NCBI GenBank assembly: GCA_038212275.1
Contig: JBBQUR010000030.1
Location: 1-39,482, forward strand
DNA length: 39,482 nucleotides
Direction: 5' to 3'
From: Planctomycetota bacterium
Lineage (GTDB): Bacteria > Planctomycetota > B15-G4
Shown: positions 28,270 through 37,711 of the stretch, in pieces
How positions within the stretch are numbered: position 1 is the stretch's first letter
How the letters are laid out: every line of letters begins with the position of its first letter
Notes under the pieces: generated by a model
What the model was told of the DNA's origin: nothing
What the model saw: only the letters and a program-made list of their open reading frames with translations
Databases searched by the model: none
Made by a program: the position numbers and the translations under genes

Positions 28270-31200
28270 AGCTCGCCTGGCTGCTCTTCGGGGCGCTCGG
28301 ACTCGCGCTGCTTTTCAATGCCTACGACACCGGCTGGAACCGCATCGGCGGGCAGGACTGGAACTTCTTCCTCTCGCAGTCGCAGGCCGAGGTCAGCTCG
28401 ATCACCACGTGGGAGCAGTTCCCGCTGTGGGCGCCGTGGCGGCGCGGCGGGCAGCCGAGCTTCGGGCAGGCGCAGTCGATGCTGCTCTCGCCCGTGACGC
28501 CGATCGCGCTGGCCGTCGGCGTGCTGGCCGCATTCAAGCTGCTGCTGCTGCCGATCTTCCTCGCCGGCTGTCTCGGCATGTATGCGCTGGCCGGGCAGTT
28601 GCGGCTGCGCGGGCTGGCGCGCCTGGTGCCGGCGCTCGTCTTCTTCGGGTCCAGCATCTTTCCGCTGCATGTCCGCGGCGGCCTGCCCAATTACCTCTTC
28701 GCCTTCGCGCTGCTGCCCTGGATTCTCTATTCGCTGCGCCGGGCGCGCGCCGACCTGCGCTGGCTGGCGCTGGCCGCTCTGCTCACCGCGGGCCTGCTGC
28801 TGTGCGGCGCGGTCTATCACTTCGTGTTCTTCCCGCTTTACTTCCTCATCGACGCGTCGGCGGAGTCGGCATCGCTGCGCAGCCTGCGGCCGCTGCTGCT
28901 GCTCGGCGCCGCGCTGCTGTGCGCCGTGGCGCTGGGCGCGCCGCGCCTGCTGCCCGTGGCCGACGTGTGGTCGCAGTATCCGCGGCCCGTCGCGGCCGAG
29001 AAGAGCGGTCTGTCGACGGAGCTCATGCTGCGTGCGTGGCTCGACCCGGAGCTGCCCGACCTGTCCACGCCGCAGAGCGCCTTCGTGCTGACGCCGGGCG
29101 CCGGGGCCTACTGGGTCTACGCCGGCGCGTTCATCGGGCCGCTCGCGCTGCTCTTTGCGGCGCTGGGCCTGCGCAACTGGCGCCGCACGTGGGGCTGGCT
29201 GCTCGCAGGCGTCTTCTTCGGCTGGCTCTCGATGGGCGACGGCGCGACACCCAGCCTGTGGGCGGCGCTGCACCGGCTGCCGGTGTTCGGTTCGATGCGC
29301 TTTCCCGAGCGCCAACTGGCGCTGGCCACCTTCTCCATCGCGCTGCTGGCAGGGCACGGCTTCCAGCAGTTCGAGTCGTGGGTGCGCGAGAGGTTGCGAC
29401 GCACCGACGACGAGCTCGAGCCGCGCTCGGCCGTCGTGCTGGCCGCGATCGTCGTGCCGCTCGTGCTGGTCAATGCGTCGATCACGCGCGATGCGTTCAA
29501 CGTGGAGCCCGCACCGAGGCAGACCGCCCGCGCGGCGTTCCGGCAGGAGCAGGTCGCGGGCCGGCCCGAGCAGTGGGGCGGCGAGGTCTATGAGAGCGTG
29601 CTGGCCAACGTGGGCAATCCGCAGGGCATGTCGGACATTCCGACGCCGCCGGTGGTGCGCGCCGTCGGCGAGCCGGGCTACCGCGGCGAGGTGTACCTGC
29701 TTGCGGAGCACGGGGCCGTGCTGGCCGAGATCACGCCCAACGTGATCACCGTGTCGGCGCAGCTCTCGGAGCCCGACGTGCTCATGGTGAACCAGAACTA
29801 CTTCGGCGGCTGGCGCGCGGAAGGCGACCTGCCGGACTTCGTGGAGCAGGACCTCACCAATCGCGACCACCTGCTGGCGCTGCCGCTGCCGCCGGGCAAC
29901 TTCCACCTGCGCCTCGTCTACTCGCCGCCCGGCGTGGCGCGCGGCTTCCTGCTCGGCGGCCTCGCCGCCGCCATCCTCGGCGCGTGGTGCCTCGCGCGGC
30001 GGCGCGCGACCGCGGACCAACCGGGGCGTGCCGATCTCGTCGCGCTGCTGGCGATGGCGGGCCTCGCGGTGTGCGTGCTGGCCTCGGTGCCGCCGCCGCA
30101 GGAGGCGCCGCTGGCCGAGGAACTGAACTGGGTGCAGGGCGCGTATGTCGTGGATGCCGATGCAGATGCCGAGGCTGGAGCCGGGGCGAACGGCCCGACC
30201 TTCCGCGACGTGCAGTCGGCGCTCGATGCCGCGCCGCCCGGCAGCCGCGTCGTGCTGCGGCCCGGCGAGTACGACGGCTTCGTGCTGCGCAAGCCGCTGC
30301 TCCTCGCCGCGCTCTCCGGCGGGCCGGTGCGCGTCCGCTCTCCGGTGGAGGTCACCGGGTTGGAGGAGGGGCAGCGCGCGTGCCTGCTGGCCCTCGGTTC
30401 CGACCCGATCGAGCTGGCCTCGTCGCTCAGCGTGCACGGCGGGGCCGGGCTGCTGCAGTTGCAGTCGGTGCACTTCCCGCACGGCGCGCTGAGCGTGCAG
30501 CGCTGGGGGCGGCTCGAACTGCTGGGCTGTCGCGTGAACGGCACGGTGAATGTGCGCGACGCGACGCTCTTCGCCCTGCGCACCGCCTTCGCGGGAGAGT
30601 CCATCGATCCGGCCGGCAGCCGACCGGCTGAACCCGCGCTCACCGGCTCCGACGCGCTGCTGCTGCTCAACGAATGCACCGTGCGAGGCAGCGAGGCGCC
30701 GCGCGAGGCCGCCGCGGCGCGCGGCGCCCGCGGGGCGCCGGGGATCAAGCTGCTGCGCTCGCGGCTCGTCGGCACGTCGGCGGCAGGGCTGACGTGGGGT
30801 GGCGGCGGCGGCGAGCCGGCCCTCACGCTGGCCTCCGATTCGCAGGTGCGGCTCTCCGGCGTGGTGCTGGACGGCGCCCCGCCGTCGTCGGACGCCAGCA
30901 GCCGGCTCGAGCGCGTGCGGCTCCCGAGCGTCACGCTGCGCGCGAACAGATTCTTCGGCGGCTCGATCCTTCAGCTCGACCTGGCGGGGGCGCCGGGGGC
31001 GGAAGGCTACGTCGTCGTCAGCCTGCTCACGGTGCTGGAGCCGATGGCCGAGCGTCTCTCCTATTTCCAGTGCGACGTGGTCAGGCAGCACGAGTCGCTG
31101 GCAGTGACCATGCCGGAGAGCGGCCGCCTCGAGCAGCTCATGCGCGTCTCGTTCAACACGGCGGTCCCGGCGCGCGGCGTCTTCGCGCAGTTCGTGTCCC

Positions 31201-31280
31201 TGGGTTCACCGGGCCATGCCGGCATGGAGTACTCGCTGGCCGACGGATCGCTGGAAGGCGTGCTCCTCCCGCTGCCCTGA
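28266..31280 (+). CDS. YfhO-like (GT-C fold) membrane protein fused to a C-terminal beta-helix-like domain, paralog 2
   Basis: EQFPLWAPWRRGG, LMVNQNYFGGW..LALPLPPG..LVYSPP, then FRDVQSALDAAPPGSRVVLRPGEYDGF. Collinear with paralog 1; ATGA overlap. Confidence 0.75.
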   Translation: MKLAWLLFGALGLALLFNAYDTGWNRIGGQDWNFFLSQSQAEVSSITTWEQFPLWAPWRRGGQPSFGQAQSMLLSPVTPIALAVGVLAAFKLLLLPIFLAGCLGMYALAGQLRLRGLARLVPALVFFGSSIFPLHVRGGLPNYLFAFALLPWILYSLRRARADLRWLALAALLTAGLLLCGAVYHFVFFPLYFLIDASAESASLRSLRPLLLLGAALLCAVALGAPRLLPVADVWSQYPRPVAAEKSGLSTELMLRAWLDPELPDLSTPQSAFVLTPGAGAYWVYAGAFIGPLALLFAALGLRNWRRTWGWLLAGVFFGWLSMGDGATPSLWAALHRLPVFGSMRFPERQLALATFSIALLAGHGFQQFESWVRERLRRTDDELEPRSAVVLAAIVVPLVLVNASITRDAFNVEPAPRQTARAAFRQEQVAGRPEQWGGEVYESVLANVGNPQGMSDIPTPPVVRAVGEPGYRGEVYLLAEHGAVLAEITPNVITVSAQLSEPDVLMVNQNYFGGWRAEGDLPDFVEQDLTNRDHLLALPLPPGNFHLRLVYSPPGVARGFLLGGLAAAILGAWCLARRRATADQPGRADLVALLAMAGLAVCVLASVPPPQEAPLAEELNWVQGAYVVDADADAEAGAGANGPTFRDVQSALDAAPPGSRVVLRPGEYDGFVLRKPLLLAALSGGPVRVRSPVEVTGLEEGQRACLLALGSDPIELASSLSVHGGAGLLQLQSVHFPHGALSVQRWGRLELLGCRVNGTVNVRDATLFALRTAFAGESIDPAGSRPAEPALTGSDALLLLNECTVRGSEAPREAAAARGARGAPGIKLLRSRLVGTSAAGLTWGGGGGEPALTLASDSQVRLSGVVLDGAPPSSDASSRLERVRLPSVTLRANRFFGGSILQLDLAGAPGAEGYVVVSLLTVLEPMAERLSYFQCDVVRQHESLAVTMPESGRLEQLMRVSFNTAVPARGVFAQFVSLGSPGHAGMEYSLADGSLEGVLLPLP

Positions 31281-31312
31281 GCGCCGGGCCGCGCGGCCGC
31301 GCCGTCGCGCCC

Positions 31313-31360
31313 TCGCGCAGTCGCGCAGTCGCGTGCCTGCGTGCCTGCGTGCCTGCGTGC
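31313..31360. repeat. Intergenic 8-mer tandem repeats (TCGCGCAG)x2 and (GCGTGCCT)x~3-4
   Basis: Read directly. Confidence 0.85.
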
Positions 31361-31418
31361 TCGCGTCCTCGCGACGGCGGCGATGTAACGCCTTCCGCGC
31401 GGCGCCGTCGTGGGAGGC

Positions 31419-31889
31419 ATGGGAACGCACGAAAAGGTGGTGGCCAGGCGCGGCGACAGAGTCGACGTCACCGGCACCAGTACCAGCACGGGCACCAGCA
31501 CGGGCACGGGCACGGGCACGGGCACCGTCGGCGGCGGTGACCGCGACCGGGGGTTCGGCGGTGAAGACCTCCATGTCGAGGCAGCGCGCGCGCGACGGTG
31601 GAGTGGCGCCGGGCTGCTGCTCATCGGGGCGCTGGCGCTGGTGCGTGCCCATCTCGCGGCGCAGCCGCCGCCGGACGTGTGGACGCTGGGCGAGTCCATC
31701 CCGCTGGACATCGAGAGTCTGGCTGGCGAGGACTTCCGGCTGCTTCCGGGAGTCGGGCCGGTGCTGGCGGGGAGGCTCGAGGCGGCCCGCGTCGCGGCAG
31801 GCGGGCGCCTGCAGCCTGGCGATCTTCACACGGTTCCGGGCGTGGGACCGACCCTGCGAGGCCGATGGCAAGCCCTGCGCACGCACTGA
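31419..31889 (+). CDS. Helix-hairpin-helix (ComEA-like) membrane-anchored DNA-binding protein; start uncertain
   Basis: Two HhH motifs (LLPGVGPVLA, TVPGVGPTL), one TM segment and a Thr-Gly repeat near the N-terminus. Confidence 0.75.
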   Translation: MGTHEKVVARRGDRVDVTGTSTSTGTSTGTGTGTGTVGGGDRDRGFGGEDLHVEAARARRWSGAGLLLIGALALVRAHLAAQPPPDVWTLGESIPLDIESLAGEDFRLLPGVGPVLAGRLEAARVAAGGRLQPGDLHTVPGVGPTLRGRWQALRTH

Positions 31890-32058
31890 ACGGTGAGTCT
31901 CCCATCGGCAACGAAAGCTCGTCTTCATGGAGCACCTGCCTCGACGGATGCCGACGCTTGCAGCCCGTCGCTGCAGGCGGAGGTTGGTGGAGGCGGGGCA
32001 GTTCGGCTCGTGGCCATCCCCTCGCCCATGGCGGGGGCGCTGCGTTACATTCCTTCAC

Positions 32059-32991
32059 ATGACTTCCACGCCTGAGCACTCCCGCCTTGTTGACGACTTC
32101 ATCGATACCGAGCACCTGCTGGCGGCCGCGCTCGCGGAGGACCTCGGCGACCGGGGAGACGTCAGCACCGCGCTGACGCTCGGCGGGCGGGGGCGCATCG
32201 CCGGCGGGCGCATCGTGGCGAAGGCCGCGGGGCGGCTGTCGGGCGTCGCGGTGGCGTGTCGCGTGTTCGCGCACGTGGACGACACGGTGCAGCTCACGGT
32301 GCGCCGGCACGATGGCGAGCCCGTCCAGGCCGGCGATGAGGTGTTGATCGTTCGCGGGATGGCGGCCTCGCTGCTGGAGGCGGAGCGCACGGCGCTCAAC
32401 TTCCTGTGTCACCTGTCGGGAGTGGCGTCGCTGACGGCGCGCTACGTCGCCGCGGTGGCGGGCACCACGGCGCGCATCATGGACACGCGCAAGACGACGC
32501 CGGGCATGCGCCTGCTGGAGAAGGCGGCTGTCCGCCACGGCGGCGGCAACAACCATCGCGTCGGCCTCTTCGACGAGGTGCTGCTCAAGGAGAACCACTT
32601 CGCGATGGCCGGCGGCGACTACCGCGGGCTGGTCGCTTCGGTGCGCGCGGCGGCGCCGCAGGGCATGCAGATCATCGCGGAGGCGCGGACTCTCGACGAG
32701 GCGCGCGCCGTGGCGGATGGCGGCGCCGACGTGCTGCTGCTCGACAACTTCCACATCGACGAGCTGCGGGCCGCGGTGGCCGCGCTGGCCGGGCACGCGC
32801 GGCGCCCGATGTTCCAGCTCGAGGCCAGCGGCGGCGTCAACCTGGCGACGGTGGCGGCCATCGCGCGCACGGGCGTGGACCGCATCTCGGTGGGCGCCCT
32901 CACGCACAGCGCGCCGGTGCTTGATCTTTCCATGCTGCTGGACACCCAGTCCCTGCATGCGCAGCCGGCAGGGCCCGGGCCACGCGGATGA
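32059..32991 (+). CDS. nadC: Nicotinate-nucleotide diphosphorylase (carboxylating), QPRTase
   Basis: ALAEDLG..GD, ERTALNFL..LSG, DTRKTTPG, NHR.GL.D..LLKENH, LLDN, EASGG and ISVGALTHS motifs. Confidence 0.96.
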   Translation: MTSTPEHSRLVDDFIDTEHLLAAALAEDLGDRGDVSTALTLGGRGRIAGGRIVAKAAGRLSGVAVACRVFAHVDDTVQLTVRRHDGEPVQAGDEVLIVRGMAASLLEAERTALNFLCHLSGVASLTARYVAAVAGTTARIMDTRKTTPGMRLLEKAAVRHGGGNNHRVGLFDEVLLKENHFAMAGGDYRGLVASVRAAAPQGMQIIAEARTLDEARAVADGGADVLLLDNFHIDELRAAVAALAGHARRPMFQLEASGGVNLATVAAIARTGVDRISVGALTHSAPVLDLSMLLDTQSLHAQPAGPGPRG

Positions 32992-33416
32992 GGCTCAGCG
33001 CGTCGCTGCACCGCACCGTCCTGATGGATGGTTCGCCGGAGCCGGTGCGAGCGTTGCGCAACATGCTGACGTCGTTTCTGAAGGATCGGGCCGTGCCGGA
33101 CGAGGTGGTGCGCGCCGTGGTGCTGGCTTTCGGTGAGGCGCTCGACAATGCCGTGGAGCACGGCATGTCCGGACGTGGCACCCTGCACGTGTGGCTGCGC
33201 TACTCGCCCAACTTCATCCTGGTCTCGCTGCTCGACCAGGGCTCGGACAAGGTGCCGCTCGGCCGGCCCGTGCTCCCGGACGCCAGCAGCGAGCGGGGCC
33301 GCGGCTTCCAGCTCATGAATCGCCTCATGGACTACGTGCGCGTGCGCAGCTACCCCACGGGAGGCACGCGGGTCTCGATGCTGCGACGCCTCAACGGGGC
33401 GCACCGGCCCGCGTGA
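32988..33416 (+). CDS. Anti-sigma factor / Ser kinase-like ATP-binding protein (RsbW / HATPase_c_2)
   Basis: EALDNAVEHG (N box), DQG and ERGRGFQLM..LMD..GGT motifs. ATGA overlap with nadC. Confidence 0.85.
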   Translation: MRLSASLHRTVLMDGSPEPVRALRNMLTSFLKDRAVPDEVVRAVVLAFGEALDNAVEHGMSGRGTLHVWLRYSPNFILVSLLDQGSDKVPLGRPVLPDASSERGRGFQLMNRLMDYVRVRSYPTGGTRVSMLRRLNGAHRPA

Positions 33417-33425
33417 TCGCAGTCT

Positions 33426-33470
33426 CTGGCGCACCTGGCGCACTTGGCGCACCTGGCGCACCTGGCGCGA
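33426..33470. repeat. Intergenic tandem 9-mer (C/T)TGGCGCAC x5 (last unit degenerate)
   Basis: Read directly. Confidence 0.9.
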
Positions 33471-33480
33471 TGAACGGTCG

Positions 33481-34008
33481 ATGATCGCGATTCGCTCACG
33501 CCTCGTCGCGGTGCTGCTGTTCCTTTGCTGGACCGCCATGGTGTGGGAGCTCTGCACGACCGCGCGCATGCCGCGCCTGCCGCGCTACGTGTGGTCCCCC
33601 TGGATCTGGAACCTCGGCCACGCGCCGCTCTTCGGCGGCTGGGCCGCGCTGCTCGCCGTCTCGCTGCGGCCCGGGGTGTGCCCCGGACCGGCGGCGACGA
33701 GCGCGGCGGCGACGAGCGCTGTGGCGGCGACACCGGCGGTGGCGCGTTCGGCGCACGACGGCGATTTATTGCGGGACCAGCGGATCTGGTGGGCGGCGGC
33801 GCTCGCCGGCGTGGCGTTCGGCGCGCTCATCGAGTGGCGCCAGGCATCCGTCCCGGGGCGCACGGCCTCCGCGCTGGACGTCGTGACCGATGCCGTCGGC
33901 GCGTTCGGCGTCCCCTGGGCGCTGGCCACCGGCGCACTGTTCACGCGGCGGACGCTGGCCGTGTTCGGCGCCGCCGGTCTCGCGGCGCTGGCGGCCACCT
34001 ACGGCTGA
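33481..34008 (+). CDS. VanZ family membrane protein
   Basis: NLGHAPLFG and GALIEWRQ..VPGRTAS..DVVTDAVG motifs. Confidence 0.85.
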   Translation: MIAIRSRLVAVLLFLCWTAMVWELCTTARMPRLPRYVWSPWIWNLGHAPLFGGWAALLAVSLRPGVCPGPAATSAAATSAVAATPAVARSAHDGDLLRDQRIWWAAALAGVAFGALIEWRQASVPGRTASALDVVTDAVGAFGVPWALATGALFTRRTLAVFGAAGLAALAATYG

Positions 34009-34138
34009 GCCCCCGGCGCCCAGCGACAGGCGCGACCGCGGCGGCCCGTGGCGCATGAACTGCCGCGCCGCGCGCCGGACGCCGGACGCCGGACGAGGCT
34101 CGTGCATGGGTTCGGGGATCTCATGCATGAGGGACTTT

Positions 34139-34187
34139 GGCGAGGTGTGTGATGTAGAGGCAGTGCCTCAACATCACACGGCTCGCC
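34139..34187. repeat. 49-bp near-perfect inverted repeat (REP-like hairpin)
   Basis: GGCGAG-GT-GTGTGATGT-A-GAGGC-AGT-GCCTC-A-ACATCACAC-GG-CTCGCC. Confidence 0.85.
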
Positions 34188-34400
34188 CGAGCGAGCTGCT
34201 GGTGTGTGTGTCCGCCACCTTCCGTGATGGTGATGCTGACGCTGGCGGTGGCGGTGAGCACGTGGGTGCCGGAGTAAGCGTGAGTACCGGGGTACGTGTG
34301 AGTGCCGGGGTGCGCGTCGGGGGGGCGCTGGCTACAGTGGGCGTGGCGCGCCGCGCCGGCGCGGCGGGATGGCTTGGATGCTTGGAGGGCGACAGGAGCG

Positions 34401-35849
34401 ATGGGCGATCACGACAGCTACAGTTCCCCGCTGGCTTCGCGCTATGCGAGCGCAGCGATGCGCCGCAATTTTGGCGAGCGGACGCGCATCGGGCACTGGC
34501 GGCGGCTGTGGCTCGTGCTGGCCCAGTGCGAGCGCGAGCTGGGGCTTCCCATCACGCAGGCGCAGGTCGCGGACATCGCGGCGCATCAGGAGGACATCGA
34601 CTTCACGGCGGCCGCAGCCCACGAGGCGCGGCTGCGGCACGACGTCATGGCCCACGTCCACACGCTGGGAGACGTGGCCCCGGAGGCGCGGCCCATCCTG
34701 CACCTCGGCGCGACGAGCTGCTTCGTCACCGACAACAGCGAGCTGCTCCAGCAGCGCGACGGGCTGGACATCCTGCTGCCGGTTCTGCTGGCGGCCATCG
34801 AGGCGCTGGCGACGTTCGCGCGCACGCACCGCGCGTTGCCGACGCTGGCCTACACGCACCTGCAGCCGGCGCAGCCCACGACGGTGGGCAAGCGCGCGTG
34901 CCTGTGGATCCAGGATCTGGTGGACGACGCCCGGCGCCTCGCGCGCGTGCGCGCGGAGCTGCGCTTTCGCGGCGTGAAGGGCACCACCGGCACGCAGGCC
35001 AGCTTCCTGCAGCTGTTCGGCGGCGACCACGACAAGGTGAAGGCGCTGGACCGCATGGTCACGGAGCGCATGGGTTTCGCCAGCGCGTGGCCGGTCACCG
35101 GGCAGACCTATCCGCGCAAGCAGGACTTCACCGTGGTGTCGGCGCTGGCCGGATTGGGTCAGAGCGCGGCCAAGTTCGGCAATGACCTGCGGCTGCTGCA
35201 GCACCTCAAGGAGATCGAGGAGCCGTTCGGCAAGGAGCAGATCGGCAGCTCCGCCATGGCCTACAAGCGCAACCCGATGCGCGCCGAGCGCATGTGCGGC
35301 CTCGCGCGCTTTCTGCAGTCGATGCTGCTGAACCCGGCGGAGACGGCGAGCACGCAGTGGTTCGAGCGCACGCTGGATGATTCGGCCAACCGTCGCCTCG
35401 CCGTGAGCGAGTCATTCCTCGCCGCCGACGCGATCTGCCAGCTGCTGCTGGACGTGAGTTCGGGGCTGGTGGTGCACGAGAAGGTCATCGCGCGGCACCT
35501 CGCCGCCGAGCTGCCTTTCATGGCGACGGAGAGCATCCTCATGGCGGCCGTCGCGGCCGGCGGCGACCGGCAGTCCGTGCACGAGTCGATTCGGCGCCAC
35601 AGCATCGCGGCCGGTGCGCGCATCAAGGACGAGGGCCTCGACAACGACCTGCTCCAGCGCGTCGCCGCCGACCCGGTCTTTGCCGCCGTGCGCGACAGGC
35701 TTCCGCAACTGTGCGACGCCGCGACCTTCGTCGGCCGCGCCCCTCAGCAGGTGGACGAGTTCCTCGCCGACGAAGTGCAGCCCCTGCTCGACGCCCACCG
35801 CGACGTGCTGCGCAAGGCCGCCGCGCGCGGCGGCGATGTGAGAGTGTAA
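34401..35849 (+). CDS. purB: Adenylosuccinate lyase
   Basis: SPLASRYAS, RHDVMAH, HLGATSC, THLQPAQPTTVGKR, GVKGTTGTQASF and the signature SSAMAYKRNP. AGGAG RBS. Confidence 0.96.
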   Translation: MGDHDSYSSPLASRYASAAMRRNFGERTRIGHWRRLWLVLAQCERELGLPITQAQVADIAAHQEDIDFTAAAAHEARLRHDVMAHVHTLGDVAPEARPILHLGATSCFVTDNSELLQQRDGLDILLPVLLAAIEALATFARTHRALPTLAYTHLQPAQPTTVGKRACLWIQDLVDDARRLARVRAELRFRGVKGTTGTQASFLQLFGGDHDKVKALDRMVTERMGFASAWPVTGQTYPRKQDFTVVSALAGLGQSAAKFGNDLRLLQHLKEIEEPFGKEQIGSSAMAYKRNPMRAERMCGLARFLQSMLLNPAETASTQWFERTLDDSANRRLAVSESFLAADAICQLLLDVSSGLVVHEKVIARHLAAELPFMATESILMAAVAAGGDRQSVHESIRRHSIAAGARIKDEGLDNDLLQRVAADPVFAAVRDRLPQLCDAATFVGRAPQQVDEFLADEVQPLLDAHRDVLRKAAARGGDVRV

Positions 35850-35871
35850 GAATGCCCCACGGAGGAAGCGC

Positions 35872-36123
35872 ATGACCGGTGAACCTGGCAACTGCCCCAA
35901 GTGCGGAGGAAAGATGCAACGGGGTGTCGTGGGCGACCGCGGCCACATGGACCAGCGAGGGTTGAGCTACTGGGCGCCCGGCTCGCCGGTACACTCACGG
36001 TTCTTCGGCATCATCACGGCGCCCGTCGCCGGGGAGATTCCGATCGGCACGTTCCGCTGCGCGACGTGCGGCTTCCTCGAGTCGTGGGCGCGGCCGGAGT
36101 TCAAGGGCAAGCCGACGACATGA
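35872..36123 (+). CDS. Small zinc-ribbon protein (DUF6487 / PF20097-like)
   Basis: CPKCGGKM..G and FRCATCGFLESWA motifs. GGAGG RBS. Confidence 0.8.
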   Translation: MTGEPGNCPKCGGKMQRGVVGDRGHMDQRGLSYWAPGSPVHSRFFGIITAPVAGEIPIGTFRCATCGFLESWARPEFKGKPTT

Positions 36124-36497
36124 CCGATGACGCCTTTCCGTACGCCACGTTTCTGGACATCGCGTTTCCCCAACTCGCGGTTGTCGACGTGCCACGGCTG
36201 ATCGGCGAAGCGAATCACCCCTGGTACAACCAGACCCTGTGTAAGGTGAATGACTCGGTCGTGCGCCTCGGCGTCATGCAGGGCGAATATCACTGGCACA
36301 AACACGACCGCGACGACGAGTTCTTCTTCGTCCTCGACGGCCACTTCATCATCGACCTCGAGGACCGGTCGATCGACCTCCAGCCGCGGCAAGGCTTCGT
36401 GGTGCCGAGAGGCGTCGTCCACCGCACGCGCGCCCCGGACCGCGCCGTGATCCTGATGGTGGAGACCGCCGCCATCATCCCGACCGGCGACGGCTGA
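36120..36497 (+). CDS. Cupin domain protein
   Basis: GEYHWHKH..DEFFFVLDG and GFVVPRGVVHRT motifs. ATGA overlap. Confidence 0.9.
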   Translation: MTDDAFPYATFLDIAFPQLAVVDVPRLIGEANHPWYNQTLCKVNDSVVRLGVMQGEYHWHKHDRDDEFFFVLDGHFIIDLEDRSIDLQPRQGFVVPRGVVHRTRAPDRAVILMVETAAIIPTGDG

Positions 36498-36544
36498 GGC
36501 GGAAGGCGCACAAAACGGTCGCCGCACGAGACCGGCGCCGCAGG

Positions 36545-36620
36545 TGCCCGATGGCGCCCGAGCCTGATGGTGCCCGAGCCTGATGGAACGCAAGCCTGAT
36601 GGAACGCGAGCCCGGCGGCA
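36545..36620. repeat. Degenerate 16-bp tandem repeat x4 (consensus ~C(C/G)CGAGCCTGATGGAA) upstream of intI
   Basis: Units at 36557, 36573, 36589 and 36605, plus a partial unit before them. Confidence 0.85.
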
Positions 36621-36681
36621 CGCGTGCCGGCGGTGCGCGAAACGCCGGGGCTGGGCTGCCGTCAATCCGCGGGAGGCGCGG

Positions 36682-37680
36682 ATGGTGGAGGGCGGAGATT
36701 CCGGGGACCCGCGGGGCGGGCGGCTGATCGACCGGATCCACCGGGCGGCGCGCGTACGGCGGCTCGCTCGGCGGACGGAAGAGGTCTATGTCCACTGGAT
36801 GCGGCGGTACTTCGAGTTTCACGGGCGGCGGCATCCGGCGACGCTGGGGGCCGAGCACGCGACGGAGTTCCTGGGCTGGCTGGCCACCGAGCGGCAGGTG
36901 GCGGCGTCCACGCAGAATCAGGCGCTGGCGGCGCTGCTTTTCCTGTATCGCGAGGTGCTGGGCGCGGACCTGCCGTGGCTGGATGAGCTGGTGCGCGCGC
37001 CGCGACCGGTGCGCCTGCCGGTGGTGATGTCGCGCGACGAGGTCCGTGCGGTGCTCGACGAGCTGCACGGCCCGCCGCGCCTGATGGGTCGGCTGCTCTA
37101 CGGATCGGGCCTGCGGCTCCTCGAATGCTGCAGCCTGCGCGCCAAGGACGTGGACTTCGGGCGGCGTCAGCTCATCGTGCGCCAGGGCAAGGGCGCCAAG
37201 GACCGGGCCACGATGCTGCCCGGCGCCGTCGAGGTCGCGCTCCGCGAGCAGCTCGCCGACGCGCGCCGCCAGCACGTCCGCGACCTGGCCGCCGGCGCCG
37301 GATGGGTGGAGCTGCCCGAGGCCTTCGCCCGCAAGGCCCCGAACGCCGGCCGCGAATGGGCCTGGCAGTGGGTCTTCCCCGCGACGCGCACCTACCTGCA
37401 CCCCGACACCAGCCAGCGCCGCCGCCATCACCTGCACGAAACCGTGATGCAGCAGGCCGTCCGCCGCGCCGTCCGCGACGCCGGTGTCGGCAAGCGCGCC
37501 ACATGCCACACCTTCCGGCACTCCTTCGCGACCCACCTGCTTGAAGACGGCACCGACATCCGCACGTTGCAGGAGCTGCTCGGCCACCGCGACGTCTCCA
37601 CGACGATGATCTACACCCACGTCCTCAACCGCGGCCCCGCCGGCGTGCGCAGCCCGATGGATCGGCTGCTGGGGGCGTGA
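36682..37680 (+). CDS. intI: Integron integrase (tyrosine recombinase)
   Basis: [33 protein letters not shown], the IntI-specific insert [40 protein letters not shown] and [19 protein letters not shown]. Confidence 0.96.
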   Translation: MVEGGDSGDPRGGRLIDRIHRAARVRRLARRTEEVYVHWMRRYFEFHGRRHPATLGAEHATEFLGWLATERQVAASTQNQALAALLFLYREVLGADLPWLDELVRAPRPVRLPVVMSRDEVRAVLDELHGPPRLMGRLLYGSGLRLLECCSLRAKDVDFGRRQLIVRQGKGAKDRATMLPGAVEVALREQLADARRQHVRDLAAGAGWVELPEAFARKAPNAGREWAWQWVFPATRTYLHPDTSQRRRHHLHETVMQQAVRRAVRDAGVGKRATCHTFRHSFATHLLEDGTDIRTLQELLGHRDVSTTMIYTHVLNRGPAGVRSPMDRLLGA

Positions 37681-37711
37681 GGACGGAGCCGGCGGGAAGG
37701 TGGTGCCGGGC

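Noticed and set aside
31890..32058. Hairpin GCTTGCAGC/GCTGCAGGC upstream of nadC as an NAD+ riboswitch
   Set aside because: No resemblance I can see to the nadA-motif consensus; a single GC-rich stem is weak evidence. An Rfam scan would settle it.
35872..36497. Zinc-ribbon and cupin genes as cassettes 5' of intI
   Set aside because: They overlap (ATGA), have host-like codon style and no flanking attC or GTTRRRY boundaries.
36545..36620. Repeat arrays (here, 9151, 20991, 33426) as possible CRISPR
   Set aside because: Units are contiguous, under 20 bp, with no unique spacers and no cas genes.
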